This document shows positions 21,332 through 30,900 of a stretch of DNA of 64,000 nucleotides, in pieces. The notes under the pieces are model-generated. The model ran no database searches. It was not told the origin of the DNA and saw only the letters and a program-made list of their open reading frames with translations. The stretch lies in the NCBI GenBank assembly GCA_000002435.2, contig CM018789.1; one strand, given 5' to 3'. This DNA is from Giardia intestinalis (taxonomy: Eukaryota). Both the position numbers and the translations under genes were made by a program. The number at the start of each line of letters is the position of its first letter. Within the stretch, counting starts at the first letter, position 1.

Positions 21332-22783
21332 ATGACTAATGCATCTCTTCTTGAAGAGTGGTTTTCGGCTATTAAGACAGGAAACGTCGATGCAGTGAAG
21401 CACCTTTTGGAGAAGTGCGCAGGAAGCTTCTGGAGCGACGGACAGACAGGACTAATGAGAGCCGTACTTTCTAACAATGAGGAAATTGCCACTTTGCTGC
21501 TCCCATACGAGAAGCATCGCTTCTGTTACAGAGGATACACTGCGCTCATGTGGGCAGTGTACACAAATAGCGCCCACTTTACTAAGCTTCTCGTGGAGGA
21601 GGAGGGTGGCGACCAGAATGAATGGGGCGCCACGGCCCTCATGTACGCTGTTCTGTTCAATAGAGAAGAGCTCATTCCACTGCTCATTGAAAAGGAAGCA
21701 AAGAAGGGCCTTACGAGAAACTTCTTTGGAGAGCTACCCTCCTATGAGGACGGTATCATACCTCACTGTATAGGCAAGACTGCCCTCATGCTCGCCGCAG
21801 AAGCAGGCCTCCTGGGTGCAGTGAAGCTTCTGTTAGACAGTGAGAAGGATTGCGTTTCTTCACAAAACAAGACCGCTGCAGACTACGCTTTGGAAGCCGG
21901 CAGAAAAGATATTTACACGTTTCTTATTGAGGAGGGCGAGATGGAAGAGCCCGCAGACGCTAACGATCCAGCAAAGTTGAGAACCACTTACGATCACGAC
22001 GCTAATAGGGGGTTTGGCAACCTTTCCCTATTCTGTACTCCGCGAAGCGAAGAGATAGTCTACCGACACCCTATCACGTGGTCTTTAGATGACATATCTT
22101 ATATGTTTGAAAAAGCGGTTAAGGTGCAGAACAAGCTCTTCACCAACAGGCTGCTTCTTTTACTCTCTCTAGATGCGGAGGTTGTAAAACGTGCAAACAA
22201 TTTTGCAATGGAAAACAAGACGGCCAATGCACGCCAATACCGTCTTCTTTTATTTGGACTTACCACTTGTGGAACAATCTCCACACTGCGGCGTTTCCTC
22301 TTGGATTTAGCGGACCCATACTTTTCCACATATCTACTCACTGACAAGACAGACCCGGATTTTAGGGATGCAAGGCACCTGGTAGATTTACTGGAGACAT
22401 ACCTGGTCGAGTTTCTAGCTGCCCCGGGCTTCACCCCCGAGCTAGCGAGCAGTCTCTTTGACTCTTTCTTTGATGACCTGAGCACGATAGGGTGCCTGGA
22501 GCACTTAGAGACTTACCAACTCTGTGTTGTTTGCATGGACAGGTTGTCAGATTGCGTTCTAATGCCTTGTAGACACGTTTCTTTCTGTAAGCAGTGTATC
22601 CCCGAGCTGAATACCAAGCGGGAGTGCCCAATTTGCAGATCAGAAATTACATCCTATTTCCAAGTCAATGCACCCTACGACTTTTACGCCACGGATGCTA
22701 CCCGTCGAAGATTGGAAGAACTGGATGCGCAGTATGCAAGGCAGTTAGCCCAGGAAGAATATGAAGTCATGGAGAATCTGTAA
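21332..22783 (+). CDS. Ankyrin-repeat protein (Giardia 21.1-type TALM repeats) with a C-terminal C3HC4 RING finger; putative E3 ubiquitin ligase.
   Basis: It has repeated ...TALMWAV / TALMYAV / TALMLAA ankyrin units. The RING is CVVCMDRLSDCVLMPCRHVSFCKQCIPELNTKRECPICR. Confidence 0.8.
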   Translation: MTNASLLEEWFSAIKTGNVDAVKHLLEKCAGSFWSDGQTGLMRAVLSNNEEIATLLLPYEKHRFCYRGYTALMWAVYTNSAHFTKLLVEEEGGDQNEWGATALMYAVLFNREELIPLLIEKEAKKGLTRNFFGELPSYEDGIIPHCIGKTALMLAAEAGLLGAVKLLLDSEKDCVSSQNKTAADYALEAGRKDIYTFLIEEGEMEEPADANDPAKLRTTYDHDANRGFGNLSLFCTPRSEEIVYRHPITWSLDDISYMFEKAVKVQNKLFTNRLLLLLSLDAEVVKRANNFAMENKTANARQYRLLLFGLTTCGTISTLRRFLLDLADPYFSTYLLTDKTDPDFRDARHLVDLLETYLVEFLAAPGFTPELASSLFDSFFDDLSTIGCLEHLETYQLCVVCMDRLSDCVLMPCRHVSFCKQCIPELNTKRECPICRSEITSYFQVNAPYDFYATDATRRRLEELDAQYARQLAQEEYEVMENL

Positions 22784-22840
22784 CATAGGCAATAAGTAAA
22801 GCGTAGGTGACGAGTCACCAAAAGCTAAATTTAGTTTTTG

Positions 22841-23584
22841 ATGTCGACCATTCGCTCACAGTCCCCCGTTCAGACGCGGATCCGGTCCCTGGCAGACAAG
22901 CTCAATGGCATGCAGTCGGGACTTCATGACGCGAACAGACGTGAGCACTTAGAAACAAAGGCGTTGGAGTTATCTGAGCGTGTTGTGCGTTCGGAGCAAA
23001 AGGAGCAGCAACAATTCTTACTAATCAAGGAGAAGCTCAAAGACTTTCAGGGAGCACTTAAAATAGAGCAGGAAGCCCGGTTGGCTGTCGAAGATCAGCT
23101 TGGAAAGCAAATTGCTGCCCTAGAGCAAAAGCTCAAGATGGAAATAGGCGTAAACGTCAGATCACGTCTCGATGAGGAACAGGCCTTTAACACCAGACTT
23201 ACAGAGCACATGAAAACCACATATGCCGCCGTAGAGCAGCAGAACGAGATCCGTGAACAACAGAACGCTGCACAGGTCTCTCAGCTAGCAACCAGCCTGC
23301 AGACAGTAGCTGCAAAGATAGACGAGTGTCGTGCTTCGCGCGAGCGAGAAATTGCCAAGCTTCAGCAGACATTCACCTCAGAGCTCCAGGCGCTGACTGA
23401 GCAGATTGCCGCCGAGGAGAAACAGCGGCAGGAGATGGAAGCAGGACTCTATAGTGCTCTGGAAGAGGCTTGCAAGAAGCTCCAGGACAAGATCGTGCGA
23501 GAACGAGAGGCTAGGGAAAAGACACATGAGAGCATTCTCAACTTGCTCGACGACGTATGCGGAAAGGTCGAGCAATATGTGTAA
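22841..23584 (+). CDS. SF-assemblin family protein (striated-fibre assemblin; beta-giardin/delta-giardin/SALP-1-like ventral-disc cytoskeletal protein).
   Basis: 247-aa continuous coiled coil, the right size for the family. The C-terminus ...ESILNLLDDVCGKVEQYV parallels beta-giardin ...DKIVNTLEDVVSKIQGGL. The track start at 22838 is TTG and ATG is at 22841. Confidence 0.7.
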   Translation: MSTIRSQSPVQTRIRSLADKLNGMQSGLHDANRREHLETKALELSERVVRSEQKEQQQFLLIKEKLKDFQGALKIEQEARLAVEDQLGKQIAALEQKLKMEIGVNVRSRLDEEQAFNTRLTEHMKTTYAAVEQQNEIREQQNAAQVSQLATSLQTVAAKIDECRASREREIAKLQQTFTSELQALTEQIAAEEKQRQEMEAGLYSALEEACKKLQDKIVREREAREKTHESILNLLDDVCGKVEQYV

Positions 23585-23624
23585 CAGCAAGAATAAACCA
23601 TGCAATCGTAGGTTTACAGGGTTT

Positions 23625-24650
23625 CTAGTTAGCATCCTTCTCTTCGTCTCCGTCTCCGTCACTGTCCCCTACCCCCGCATCGCAACCGCTGCCAGTGAGA
23701 GTTGTGGGCGCAAAGTATCCCAAGGAAACCTTGTCGGAAAGAAACTGTTTGTGATCTATGCCAATGGGAGTGGGGTCGTGCGGAGAAAACTTGTCACCAT
23801 CAGGCTTGAGGTGAAGAGGGTCGGCCATGTCTAAACCGACACTCAAGGGAGCCGGAATACCAGGCTGGATCAGTTGCATAGTGTTTGGAAATGGTGTGGG
23901 AGAGATTCCAAGGTTGCCAAGATTGCCAATGTTGCCAATGTTCAGCAAGGAAGTCGACGAAGGGCCTATCGCCATGTTCAAGGGTCCAGGCACGATCCCC
24001 TGTCCGCTGATATTTGGGCCGTGAAGAAGCGAAGGGGAACCCACATAGTCTGTCTTCTTTGACCTCGACGCGTCAGACATGGTGCCACTCGGCACAGCAC
24101 TATAGGCTGTAGAGGAGGCCGGTGTCCTCGAGTGATTAGGAGAGGTATCTGTCATCGAGTTGGCTGTCGACGACCCGCGGTGCTTAGACAACTTTTCAAC
24201 GTAAAAGTTGCATTCCTCCATGAGGGACTTGGCTTCTCTACTGTTGAGATAATTGGTGACATGGCAGGAAACCTCTAGCGTGTGGTAGGTTGTGCTTAGC
24301 CTATTGTAGATGCTCTTCCGGAACTCTTTATCTATCGGTATGTTATTCTGTATGGCGTTCCTGATGGAAGTCTTGATAATATCCTTGTCCTCGGCAGACA
24401 TGCGCGGTCCCAGAGTTTTATTTGACCATGTGTTAAAGTACCAGGTGTAGACTTTCCCCTTGTCCATTCGGAGGCGCGCGGCGATGGTGTGCCAGTCTAT
24501 CTTAACTTGGCGGATATACTTATCGAGCAGCTGAGGATCTGCCAAAAGATCTTGGATCGACGGATGCTCATCGTGGGATTCCTCCACCGCGCGGGCTAAC
24601 TCCTGAAGGATCCCCTTTCCTTCGGTTTCAGTTATTGGTTTGCCCCTCAT
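23625..24650 (-). CDS. Myb/SANT-like DNA-binding domain protein with a Ser/Thr/Pro/Gly-rich low-complexity C-terminal half and an acidic tail.
   Basis: 341 aa. The N-terminal ...KIDWHTIAARLRMDKGKVYTWYFNTW... has the spaced-Trp/helix-turn-helix pattern of a single Myb/SANT repeat. The rest is low complexity (NIGNIGNLGNLGI...GDSDGDGDEEKD). My visual base indexing disagrees with the track by 1 nt here, so I kept the track coordinates. Confidence 0.55.
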   Translation of the reverse strand: MRGKPITETEGKGILQELARAVEESHDEHPSIQDLLADPQLLDKYIRQVKIDWHTIAARLRMDKGKVYTWYFNTWSNKTLGPRMSAEDKDIIKTSIRNAIQNNIPIDKEFRKSIYNRLSTTYHTLEVSCHVTNYLNSREAKSLMEECNFYVEKLSKHRGSSTANSMTDTSPNHSRTPASSTAYSAVPSGTMSDASRSKKTDYVGSPSLLHGPNISGQGIVPGPLNMAIGPSSTSLLNIGNIGNLGNLGISPTPFPNTMQLIQPGIPAPLSVGLDMADPLHLKPDGDKFSPHDPTPIGIDHKQFLSDKVSLGYFAPTTLTGSGCDAGVGDSDGDGDEEKDAN

Positions 24651-24709
24651 TTTTTGACTTTTTTGAACTGTTAAGTTTTTATTTTTTAATTCTGCTTTTA
24701 ATAGATTTC

Positions 24710-25171
24710 ATGAATTGTTGCCGTAGCGAGCGCGCCACTGGTGCGCGACCCAAAGGGAAGTACGACGACTTTTTTCAAGAGATACTAGCGCAGATACCAA
24801 ACACAACGTACACTGCGTTGTATGACAGAGCAAGCAACTCCTTGGTCGCAGAATCGTATTTCTGCGGACGCAGAGACGAGCGATTTGCCGATCAAGCGTC
24901 TCATGTTCGCTATAACGTTGAGCCCCTGATAGGCCTCCTGCACCGTACAAAGGACATCGGTGGGCCCACAAGCGAAGCAACAGAGCCGTCTGTGCTGCTG
25001 CTAACCACGTCCATGGGCCATGTGTTCTGCGTCTTAGCTGTTCCCTGCCAGCATTCTCTCATAGTCGCCACTTTATTTGACCCTTCAGACGCCAGCGAAA
25101 TAACTGGCGCAATCTTCGAGCTCCGCTTGAGGAGCATAATTGGGAAGATTGGAGCCGCAATTGCGAGCTAA
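24710..25171 (+). CDS. Hypothetical protein (about 153 aa), possibly a roadblock/longin-like small alpha/beta fold.
   Basis: The track ORF 24635..25171 starts with TTG, and the first ATG is at aa 26. This is a weak call. Confidence 0.3.
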   Translation: MNCCRSERATGARPKGKYDDFFQEILAQIPNTTYTALYDRASNSLVAESYFCGRRDERFADQASHVRYNVEPLIGLLHRTKDIGGPTSEATEPSVLLLTTSMGHVFCVLAVPCQHSLIVATLFDPSDASEITGAIFELRLRSIIGKIGAAIAS

Positions 25172-25203
25172 AGTTACTAGTTATTTAAAAGTATCACGAC
25201 TAC

Positions 25204-26727
25204 TTATTTACCAACCATTGTGCGGAGAAAGGAGAGAGTACACATAATGGCGAAGAGGTTAATAGACAGTGGCCGTAACTTCTTCCACAGCATCTCCTTA
25301 GTGTCATAGCCCCATATTGTAGTGAAAGGGGTCGAGATGCCTTCGTTGGTGGACAGCCCGGTGGAGACACACCCGCCGTTGCGAGGGTGAATGTCCAATG
25401 CTCCCGAGTAGGTCGTGTTGCTTATAGCACCTGTGAACGGGACATGTACCTGTACATTAGTAGCGCCAGATGGTGGATAGATGCAAAGAGAAAAGGAATC
25501 ATAGTAAGCGTGTAAGATTTTGGGGCCAGATGGGAGTACGAGCCCATATGTATCCCGCTCCAGTCTTTTGGGCAGGGCCTCTGCGCTGCTCTTATCTAGA
25601 CTGACTAGATTGTTACATTTATATTTCAGTGTGAATTTAGTTTGGCTGTCTCCTGCAACTGCAAATCTGGGCTTGACCTTGAGAAGGGTCCTTGTTTGCT
25701 CTCCAAACCTCTGTCTCAACTTGCGCATACTCTCCGTGTCTATTTCTATAGTGTCTATCTTCCCTATGCGGTCATAATACGATATATCATCTAGCTCTAC
25801 CTCACAGGGTAGCTCTATCACAAAGAAGGCTGGTATTGTCATATCGTAGTGCTGACGCATTAGTATATTTTTATTAGAAAAGTGCTTGTCGCTGCTCCGG
25901 GGATTGATATTACGAATAACAAAATCGTCCGTGATTGTCACAAATCCACTCATAGTTGTCTTTGTTTTGATGTTTGGGCCATTGATTATTACTGTTCGTA
26001 CCGCACTTACGGCAAATTGGTACGCATTACTGTAGTACGTCATATCTATTAAAGTGCAAGTGTGCTCGGGACCATACGCAATTTGATCTATGGAAATCTG
26101 GGTGGTTGTCTCTGTGGTGGACACCCGGTACCCTCGAAAATCCGTATCTAATGATGAAAACTTGGTCTTCCTGGAGTTGAAATTAAAGGAGGTCTTCTGC
26201 TTGCTACATGGGTAGAAGGAAGGAAGCTCAACACATGTAGTAAATTTAAGCGTGGCTAGATGGTGCATCTGATTGACATCGTTATTGTCACGAAGGGTGC
26301 TCAAGACCTCTTCGCTGAGAGTTGGCGTGGATACCACGTTAAGTATTTCACCGCCGATAGGATAGACGATGTATATGTGGAGATAGAAGTCCTCGGGAAT
26401 TGCTCCAGTCCACCCATCGCTCCGACCATTAATAAGGTGCACCTTAATCCCGGTTTTATTGTAGCCTTCATTGAACAGGTCCACGGAGAGCAGGGGGCCG
26501 GACGTATCCTTTCCATAAAATGCTTTTATTAGCCCAATTCTTTCCATCAGTGCTGCATTCAATCCGTAGATAAAAGCTTCATCAGGCTCTGATTTAACCA
26601 GTTTGACTTGCAGTGTGGCCTGCTCGACAACCTCGGTAGAATCACCTATTGTGTATGTTCGAATAAGGTCCTTGATCTGATATGAGCCCAGAGACAAGGA
26701 TAGAAGCGCAAGGATTAACACAGCCAT
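25204..26727 (-). CDS. Secreted or membrane-anchored hypothetical protein with an N-terminal signal peptide.
   Basis: From ATG at 26727 it starts MAVLILALLSLSLGSYQ (cleavable signal). The mature region of about 480 aa has no recognised domain. A hydrophobic C-terminal stretch (LRPLSINLFAIMCTLSFL) could be a transmembrane or GPI-like anchor. Confidence 0.6.
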   Translation of the reverse strand: MAVLILALLSLSLGSYQIKDLIRTYTIGDSTEVVEQATLQVKLVKSEPDEAFIYGLNAALMERIGLIKAFYGKDTSGPLLSVDLFNEGYNKTGIKVHLINGRSDGWTGAIPEDFYLHIYIVYPIGGEILNVVSTPTLSEEVLSTLRDNNDVNQMHHLATLKFTTCVELPSFYPCSKQKTSFNFNSRKTKFSSLDTDFRGYRVSTTETTTQISIDQIAYGPEHTCTLIDMTYYSNAYQFAVSAVRTVIINGPNIKTKTTMSGFVTITDDFVIRNINPRSSDKHFSNKNILMRQHYDMTIPAFFVIELPCEVELDDISYYDRIGKIDTIEIDTESMRKLRQRFGEQTRTLLKVKPRFAVAGDSQTKFTLKYKCNNLVSLDKSSAEALPKRLERDTYGLVLPSGPKILHAYYDSFSLCIYPPSGATNVQVHVPFTGAISNTTYSGALDIHPRNGGCVSTGLSTNEGISTPFTTIWGYDTKEMLWKKLRPLSINLFAIMCTLSFLRTMVGK

Positions 26728-26876
26728 CAATGGGCTCCTTTCCTTTAATTTAATTTACTTTCCCGGTTTACTTTTCTTTGGTTGAATAAATCCTTTCGAG
26801 CTTTCCTGCAGAAGCCTGAAAAGCATCTATTCTTGCTTCTGCCTGTTCGGTCTTAATTGTAGCGAGTAGGTTTTCA

Positions 26877-27911
26877 ATGACACTCATTCAGCTCCCGCAA
26901 GCAAACGCTCTGGTTATCGATCTCGGCATGCACACTGTTCGCATGGGGTTTGCATGTGATCCGTGCCCTACCTGCACAATTGATGTTTCAGCACTATTTC
27001 AAGATAAGGAGCTCTCTGCTTCGACGTTGGCTCATGCGATTTACGATGAGTTTCAGGCTAAGCTTCAACAGTATGTGGCAGAGCCTTTGCCCGTCTTTAT
27101 CGCCATTAATCATGACATCCGTCCATCCTTCATATTCAAACTCCTGGACCATTTTCTTTCCGTCTTTCCTGGAGTTGCGTTCCACTCTGCTATCTCCTGT
27201 GCTGCATATGCAAGTACTCAGACCACTGCCCTCATTGTTGACTGTGGTCACACAGCTACACGCCTCGCCTTGGTTGTAGATGGAGTTATTGCCTCCGTGC
27301 AACCTGTGCCCAACTTTTCTGGAGAACGTCTCTTGAGAGAGTTGCTGAGTGTGATGGATAACAAGCATACTGCGGCTTGTAACTTGCTCAAGACGTCCTG
27401 CGACATATTTACACGCCCAACGTCCGCAGACCTGGCCTCCCTTACGCAGAAAGCATTGAAAGAGCTGTGCACTGTTTCCTTGGAACTACAGAAAGATGAA
27501 GAACTAGCAACTACTACATTTATATATGAGGAAGAGATAAAACTGCCTTGCGGCCACACAATAACCTTAAACCAAGAATTGTTTGGTATAGCAGAAAGCA
27601 TGCTACAACAGTCCAAGCTCAGCACCCTCATACTGACTACGCTGGAGACCCCGTCGATAGGCTACCATCAGTCAAAGGGGAACATCCCTGTCATTATAGT
27701 AGGTGGTCTTGCACGGCTCAGCAATCTTACAAGACGAATACAGCAAGACCTTTCCGGCAAGGCCACTGTGCAGTCGACGGATGATGCCATCAACGCTGTG
27801 TGGCAAGGAGGCGCGTCGTTTGTGGGAATAGAGACCTTAGGGGATTTCCTTATAACAAGGGCACTCCTAGATGAACAGGGGCCTGAAATCTTAATGAAAG
27901 TGATAATGTGA
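26877..27911 (+). CDS. Divergent actin-related protein (actin/HSP70-fold ATPase).
   Basis: Actin signature blocks are in order. [16 protein letters not shown] corresponds to actin [40 protein letters not shown] corresponds to [42 protein letters not shown] corresponds to [20 protein letters not shown]. Confidence 0.6.
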   Translation: [344 protein letters not shown]

Positions 27912-27929
27912 CACTCTTACAAAAGACTC

Positions 27930-30900
27930 TTAGAGCGGATCATCGTTGCCCTTCATACTTGTCTCTGTAAGCGATCCTGCCCTTTTACAGCACTTTGTAT
28001 TTCTCTCACGCCTTCTGTCTACAAGCCACTGCCTCCTCAGCTTCTCTGCGTCTGTTGGAGATATGCGCATGCGAATCCACTTCAAGAAGAATGGTGGGAA
28101 GACGGCAGCGCATGCGCCCAGCACAACACGGAACCAGAATGTGAGGGTGACTATGGACCGCTTATCGAAGTATTCTGGCATAATGAACATAGCAGCTACG
28201 TAGATAGCAAACGAAAGAATCCCACTGCCCACCATAAAGGGAGACCACTCGTATATCCCAATGCCCAGCGTAAGTAACTCTGTAATTAAAAGAGATGTGT
28301 ATCCAGTGCCCACAAGGTTGAAGAAGTTAGCCCCGTCGTCCAGGGATCCGTGCAGTCCTCCATTGATCAGAAACTGCGAAAACATTAGCAGCACAGATCC
28401 CTGAAAGATGCTGACACACAACCACTTGAAAAAGCAGGAGACAAGCCCGTGCTTGTTTCGCTGACTGTCTTTGTACAAGATCGGGTAGCGTCGGACTAAG
28501 TAATCCTTGGGCAGGTCATGGTCAAAGCATATGATGGTTACGGGAAGAGATGTAAATACAACAGTGTACCCCAGCATCAACCAACCGGTGAAAAGAGGTA
28601 TTGTCGAGAAAGCAAATAATGCTGAGAAGACAGCCTGCATCACCGATATGGTCATTCCCCGCGAGAAGACGTAGTGTGCCATAGCGTAACCTCTAATGTA
28701 GTTGAGTCTGCCGTGATATAATAAGAGCGATGACAAGTCCTTGAATCTGTCCAAACTAAAGTCAGACGCTAGGCTTGCCTGCTTCCCTTCTTTTCCCACG
28801 AGCCCAACCCCAACAGCGGCAGACTGAATCATAGAAACGTCGTTGCCACCATCACCTATGGCGAGCACTCCAACCTTTGGAGCACCACATCTACAACGTG
28901 GGTTACAGCACATATGCTCCATGTGCAGATTGGCAACCATCTTTGTAATGATAGACTTCTGCTCAGGTGAGCAACGAGAGCAGACAAATGCCGGGCATCT
29001 CGCTATCGTGGTTATGAACTGCTTTGCCACCGAGGAGCCGAACTTTGAATTCCTATCCTTTCCACAACAGCCTGCTCGGCCAGAACGAGATCCTCTAGAC
29101 TGTGTCCGAGTAGCTAAATCGAGCTCCTTTTCGTGTTGCAGTTCCTCTTTGGTAACCACCTCGCCACGGAATTCTTTGAGAGACGAGTCTGGGAGGGTCT
29201 TCATGATCTCCGACAAGATTGTTCCGTCAATAATTACTGCACACTCATACCCGCTGTCTGCTATCTTATTTAACTCGGAGGAGATATATTCTAATAGTCT
29301 AGTATTTGAGACATCTGTTGATCCGGCATTGCCACTAGAGGCATTTCCCGCGGTACCCATTGTCACTGAGATACTATTTTCAGTCGACCTTCCAGAGGGC
29401 CCACAACTGTCTTTTGTGAATACCTCCATGCCGCTATAAGATCCCTTGGTGCCAGCTGTTCCGCTCACTGCAGCAGCATATGTGGCCAGTGTTATCTCGT
29501 GGAATCTTTGATTAGGACTTACAAGATTGGTCGAGCGAGCGATACACATGGACGTGTCGCTTTTGTCTCCAGTGAGCAAAAAGATACGGATCTCTGCATC
29601 TCTCAGCTGCTGAATTGTGAGCTTAACATCTTCCTGGAGTTTGTCCTCTACCCCAGTTGCTGCCACGATATCCATTGAATGTAAAATGGAGTTTTCTGCA
29701 TCATCTATATGTTTCTGTCTGTCATCTAGGGCTTCATTGGCGGTTTTGTAGAGAGATGCAAAAGCAGATAGCTCGTCTCTCGTCATAGTCCGCTGAGCAA
29801 ACACTAAGGTCCTCAGGCCTTTGCTGGCCAGGGTTGAGACCTGCTCCGATGCCCACGGCGATGGGTTAGACGCGGCTATAACAACTGAGTCGGCGCCCTT
29901 CATAAGCACTAGGATCTCTCCAGTTAAGTGGCTCTCTAGAACTATGGCCATGCGCTTTGTTGTAGATGTAAAGGGAAACGTATAGAGGATAGTGTATTCC
30001 TCTGGCTCACCCAACGGGTTCTGGAGTACAATGGATGTTCTATCTCTGTGCATAAGGGTTAAGTTGAGCTCTGCAGCCAGCTTAACAAGGGATATCTCAT
30101 CTGGAGATGACGCTTGTAGAGTATAGTAGCTAATGTCTGGGTTGATACCACCTCCTATGCCCGGAGGACAGTTGCTGGACGTTGAGATCTGAACAAGGTG
30201 GTTCTTCTGAAGAGCTCGCATGACCTCTGTGCTAGACGGAGCTGAGTCCGATGCAGCAAGAGATTGCAGATGCCTACTGCTCCACATAGCTATTGTTGCG
30301 TCATCAATCAAAAAGTCTGCGTCGTCTTGTGCTGCGGACCGCTCAATGGGAACAACAGTGTTGCAAAGGGCCATCATGCGCAAGGCTGTGATCAGTGCCT
30401 TCTGCTCATCGTTGATATTGCTTACTGAGGAAGTTTTCATCTGGGGGATCAAAGAGTAAACATTGCCATGGACCTGCCTGCGCATGGTGATCTGCTCATT
30501 GCCAAACGCTTGCCCATGAATAGGGAGAGACGAGTGCTGCATAGATGCCACACCGGCAGGGATAGACATGTCCGGGTCTCTACTGACATCGGCTTGTGAC
30601 CTGTAAGCACGCTTCAGAGCCATCCGGAACGACCCATAGTCGTCCTCTGTCAGGGTCTCATAGGAGCTCTTCCCCGTATGAAGGGAGCGGAAGGTCATGA
30701 TATTCTGAGTGAGAGTGCCTGTCTTGTCCGACATTATATATCCTATTCTGCCCAATTGCTCTGGAATAGTTGTTGTCCTTACAATAGGATTCTGCATGGA
30801 TTTATCCCTCCTAATCATCAAGGAAGTGATTATTTTAGCTAAGTCGAGATTGACACGCAATGAGATGGGTATAACCGAAGAAAAGAGTAACAAGTATCGG

